DNA of 38,870 nucleotides, taken from positions 1-38,870 of the forward strand of contig JAOZFG010000006.1 of NCBI GenBank assembly GCA_027491435.1, read 5' to 3'. This DNA is from Thermoproteota archaeon (GTDB lineage: Archaea > Korarchaeota > Korarchaeia > Korarchaeales > Korarchaeaceae). Below are positions 37,220 through 38,870 of the stretch, one piece after another. Position numbers and translations under genes: made by a program. The notes under the pieces are model-generated. The model saw nothing but the letters and a program-made list of their open reading frames with translations. It made no database searches and was not told the DNA's origin. How positions within the stretch are numbered: the stretch's first letter is position 1; each line of letters starts with the position of its first letter.

Positions 37220-37563
37220 GGATTATGGGGTGGTTTTATAGGGAAGTTAGGTGGGGATATTTCGCCGTTAGAGGTGCTGTCGAACCATTATCGGAGATAA
37301 GGCTTGTCAAGGATGGCGTCGAGGTTACCGTAGACCTGCCGGGGGTAAGCAAGGAGAACCTGACCCTCAGTGCAAGCGAAGACGCCATACTCTTGGAGGC
37401 CACCAGTATGGTTGGAGGAACGCCTGTCAAGTACAGGAAGCTCATCAAGATGCCAATACCCATAGACCCCGATGGCGTCAAGGCTAAGCTCTCGGACAAT
37501 GGAATACTCTACATATACGCCCCCGCCAAGGCGAAAGGGTTTAGGAGGGTGGAGGTGGAGTAG
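37216..37563 (+). CDS. Small heat-shock protein (Hsp20)
   Basis: EPL, VDLPGV.KE and A.L.NGIL.I alpha-crystallin motifs. Confidence 0.88.
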   Translation: MRIMGWFYREVRWGYFAVRGAVEPLSEIRLVKDGVEVTVDLPGVSKENLTLSASEDAILLEATSMVGGTPVKYRKLIKMPIPIDPDGVKAKLSDNGILYIYAPAKAKGFRRVEVE

Positions 37564-37578
37564 ACGAGCCACCAAGAC

Positions 37579-38870
37579 ATGCCTTTCATAAAGGTAGCTA
37601 GGTACTATGACAGGATAGAGGCCACCACAGGCAGGCTTGAGATGATAGAGATCTTGGAGAAGCTCCTGAGGGAGACCCCTCCCGACATAATAGACAAGGT
37701 GGTCTACCTCACCCTAGGATCCATAGCTCCAGCGTACGAGGGGCTGGAGCTGGGCGTCGGTGAGAAACTAGCTTTAAAGGCCATCTCCCTAGCCACGGGT
37801 ATACCACAGAAAAGGGTTGAGAGTAAGTACCTTGAGCTGGGGGACATAGGAAGGCTTGCGGAGTGGGCCGTCTCCCACAAATCGGTTCTGGCGTTTGCCA
37901 AGGAGGAGTTGACAGTCAACAGGGTTTATGATTCTCTGGTCAAGATAGCTAAGACGACGGGAGAGAGATCTCAGGACATAAAGATCAGGATATTAACTGG
38001 CTTATTCAGCGACGCTGAACCTTTAGAGGCCAGGTACATCGCGAGAATTGTGACAGAGAAGCTGAGGATGGGAGTTAGGGACATGACCATACTTGACGCT
38101 TTGGCGGAGGCTTTTTTGGGCTCTAGAGCACTTAGGGACAAGCTGGAGAAGAAATACAACGTTTATCCTGACATAGGTAAGATAGCAAAGATCGTAGCCG
38201 CTAAAGGGGTTAAAGGATTGGAGGAGATCGGGATCACCTTGGGAATCCCTGTCAGGCCAATGCTAGCTCAGAGGCTGAGGTCGGCCAAAGAGATAATGGA
38301 GAAGATAGGGCCTAGGGTATACGCCGAGTTCAAATATGACGGGGAGAGGATGCAGGTACACGTTTGGAAGGACGGGAAGGTCAAGATATTCTCCAGGAGA
38401 ATGGAGGACATCTCCCACCCTTATCCTGACGTCGTGTCAGCGACTTCAGAGGCTGTCAAGGGAAGGGATGTCATACTAGATGGTGAAACTGTAGCTATCA
38501 ACCCTAACACTGGGGAGATACTGCCGTTCCAGGAGCTAATGCATAGGAGGAGGAAATATGGTATAGAGGATGCAATGAAGGAGTACCCCACGGTAACCTA
38601 TTACTTCGACGTACTCTACCTAGACGGTAAGGAGCTTCTAGATGTACCTCTAGAGGAGAGGAGGAAGATACTGAAGGAAATACTGAAGGAAAATGAGGGA
38701 GCCAGGCTCGTCGAGTACGAGGAGATAGATGGTGATGTGGAGGAGCTGGAAAGGTTCTTCGAGTATGCCGTGGAGAGGGGCACCGAGGGGCTAGTGGTGA
38801 AGGGGGTGAAATCAGTTTACCAAGCGGGAGTGAGAGGGTGGAACTGGATAAAGCTCAAGAGGAGTTACAT
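37579..38870 (+). CDS. lig: ATP-dependent DNA ligase (3' end runs off the window)
   Basis: Not in the ORF track. ATG 37579 gives MPFIKVARYYDRIEATTGRLEM...; PMLAQR, motif I EFKYDGERMQVH, ILDGE, FDVLY, EGLVVK and YQAGVRGWNWIKLK. Confidence 0.96.
   Translation, partial: MPFIKVARYYDRIEATTGRLEMIEILEKLLRETPPDIIDKVVYLTLGSIAPAYEGLELGVGEKLALKAISLATGIPQKRVESKYLELGDIGRLAEWAVSHKSVLAFAKEELTVNRVYDSLVKIAKTTGERSQDIKIRILTGLFSDAEPLEARYIARIVTEKLRMGVRDMTILDALAEAFLGSRALRDKLEKKYNVYPDIGKIAKIVAAKGVKGLEEIGITLGIPVRPMLAQRLRSAKEIMEKIGPRVYAEFKYDGERMQVHVWKDGKVKIFSRRMEDISHPYPDVVSATSEAVKGRDVILDGETVAINPNTGEILPFQELMHRRRKYGIEDAMKEYPTVTYYFDVLYLDGKELLDVPLEERRKILKEILKENEGARLVEYEEIDGDVEELERFFEYAVERGTEGLVVKGVKSVYQAGVRGWNWIKLKRSY

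Noticed and set aside
37704-38159. Minus-strand short ORFs
   Set aside because: Antisense shadows of the DNA ligase gene. The same applies to the other short ORFs nested opposite nrdJ, cdc48, argS and similar genes.
29412-38870. Dedicated DNA-repair island (udg, nfi fusion, lig)
   Set aside because: The genes are in separate transcription units interspersed with unrelated housekeeping genes, so the proximity is likely coincidental.

Overview
A compact, gene-dense segment of a thermophilic archaeal chromosome, probably TACK-like (possibly Korarchaeia or Thermoproteota; lineage is inferred only). It is mostly housekeeping: moaA (truncated at the left edge), moaC, class II B12-dependent RNR (nrdJ) divergent from cobO, cdc48, proC, a CoA transferase, glnA, family-4 UDG, nadE, argS, an AmmeMemoRadiSAM enzyme, PAC2, Hsp20 and DNA ligase (truncated at the right edge). 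I saw no tRNA, rRNA, CRISPR array or mobile element. The main highlights are: (1) a clear TPP riboswitch, rare in archaea, with a readable SD-sequestering expression platform upstream of thiBPQ; (2) a membrane-anchored KP-43-like subtilase with a ~300-residue Asp-rich repeat insert between its catalytic Asp and His, containing ten nucleotide-identical 20-mers; (3) a PadR-flanked module of a NifX/IssA-like protein and two Trp/Gly/Arg-rich proteins that share a C-terminal coiled coil, possibly a split Fe-S storage system, with candidate operators; (4) an alkyltransferase-like (Cys to Trp) domain fused to endonuclease V; (5) a secreted protein with a clan CD-like His/Cys dyad. All calls come from motif reading without database searches.
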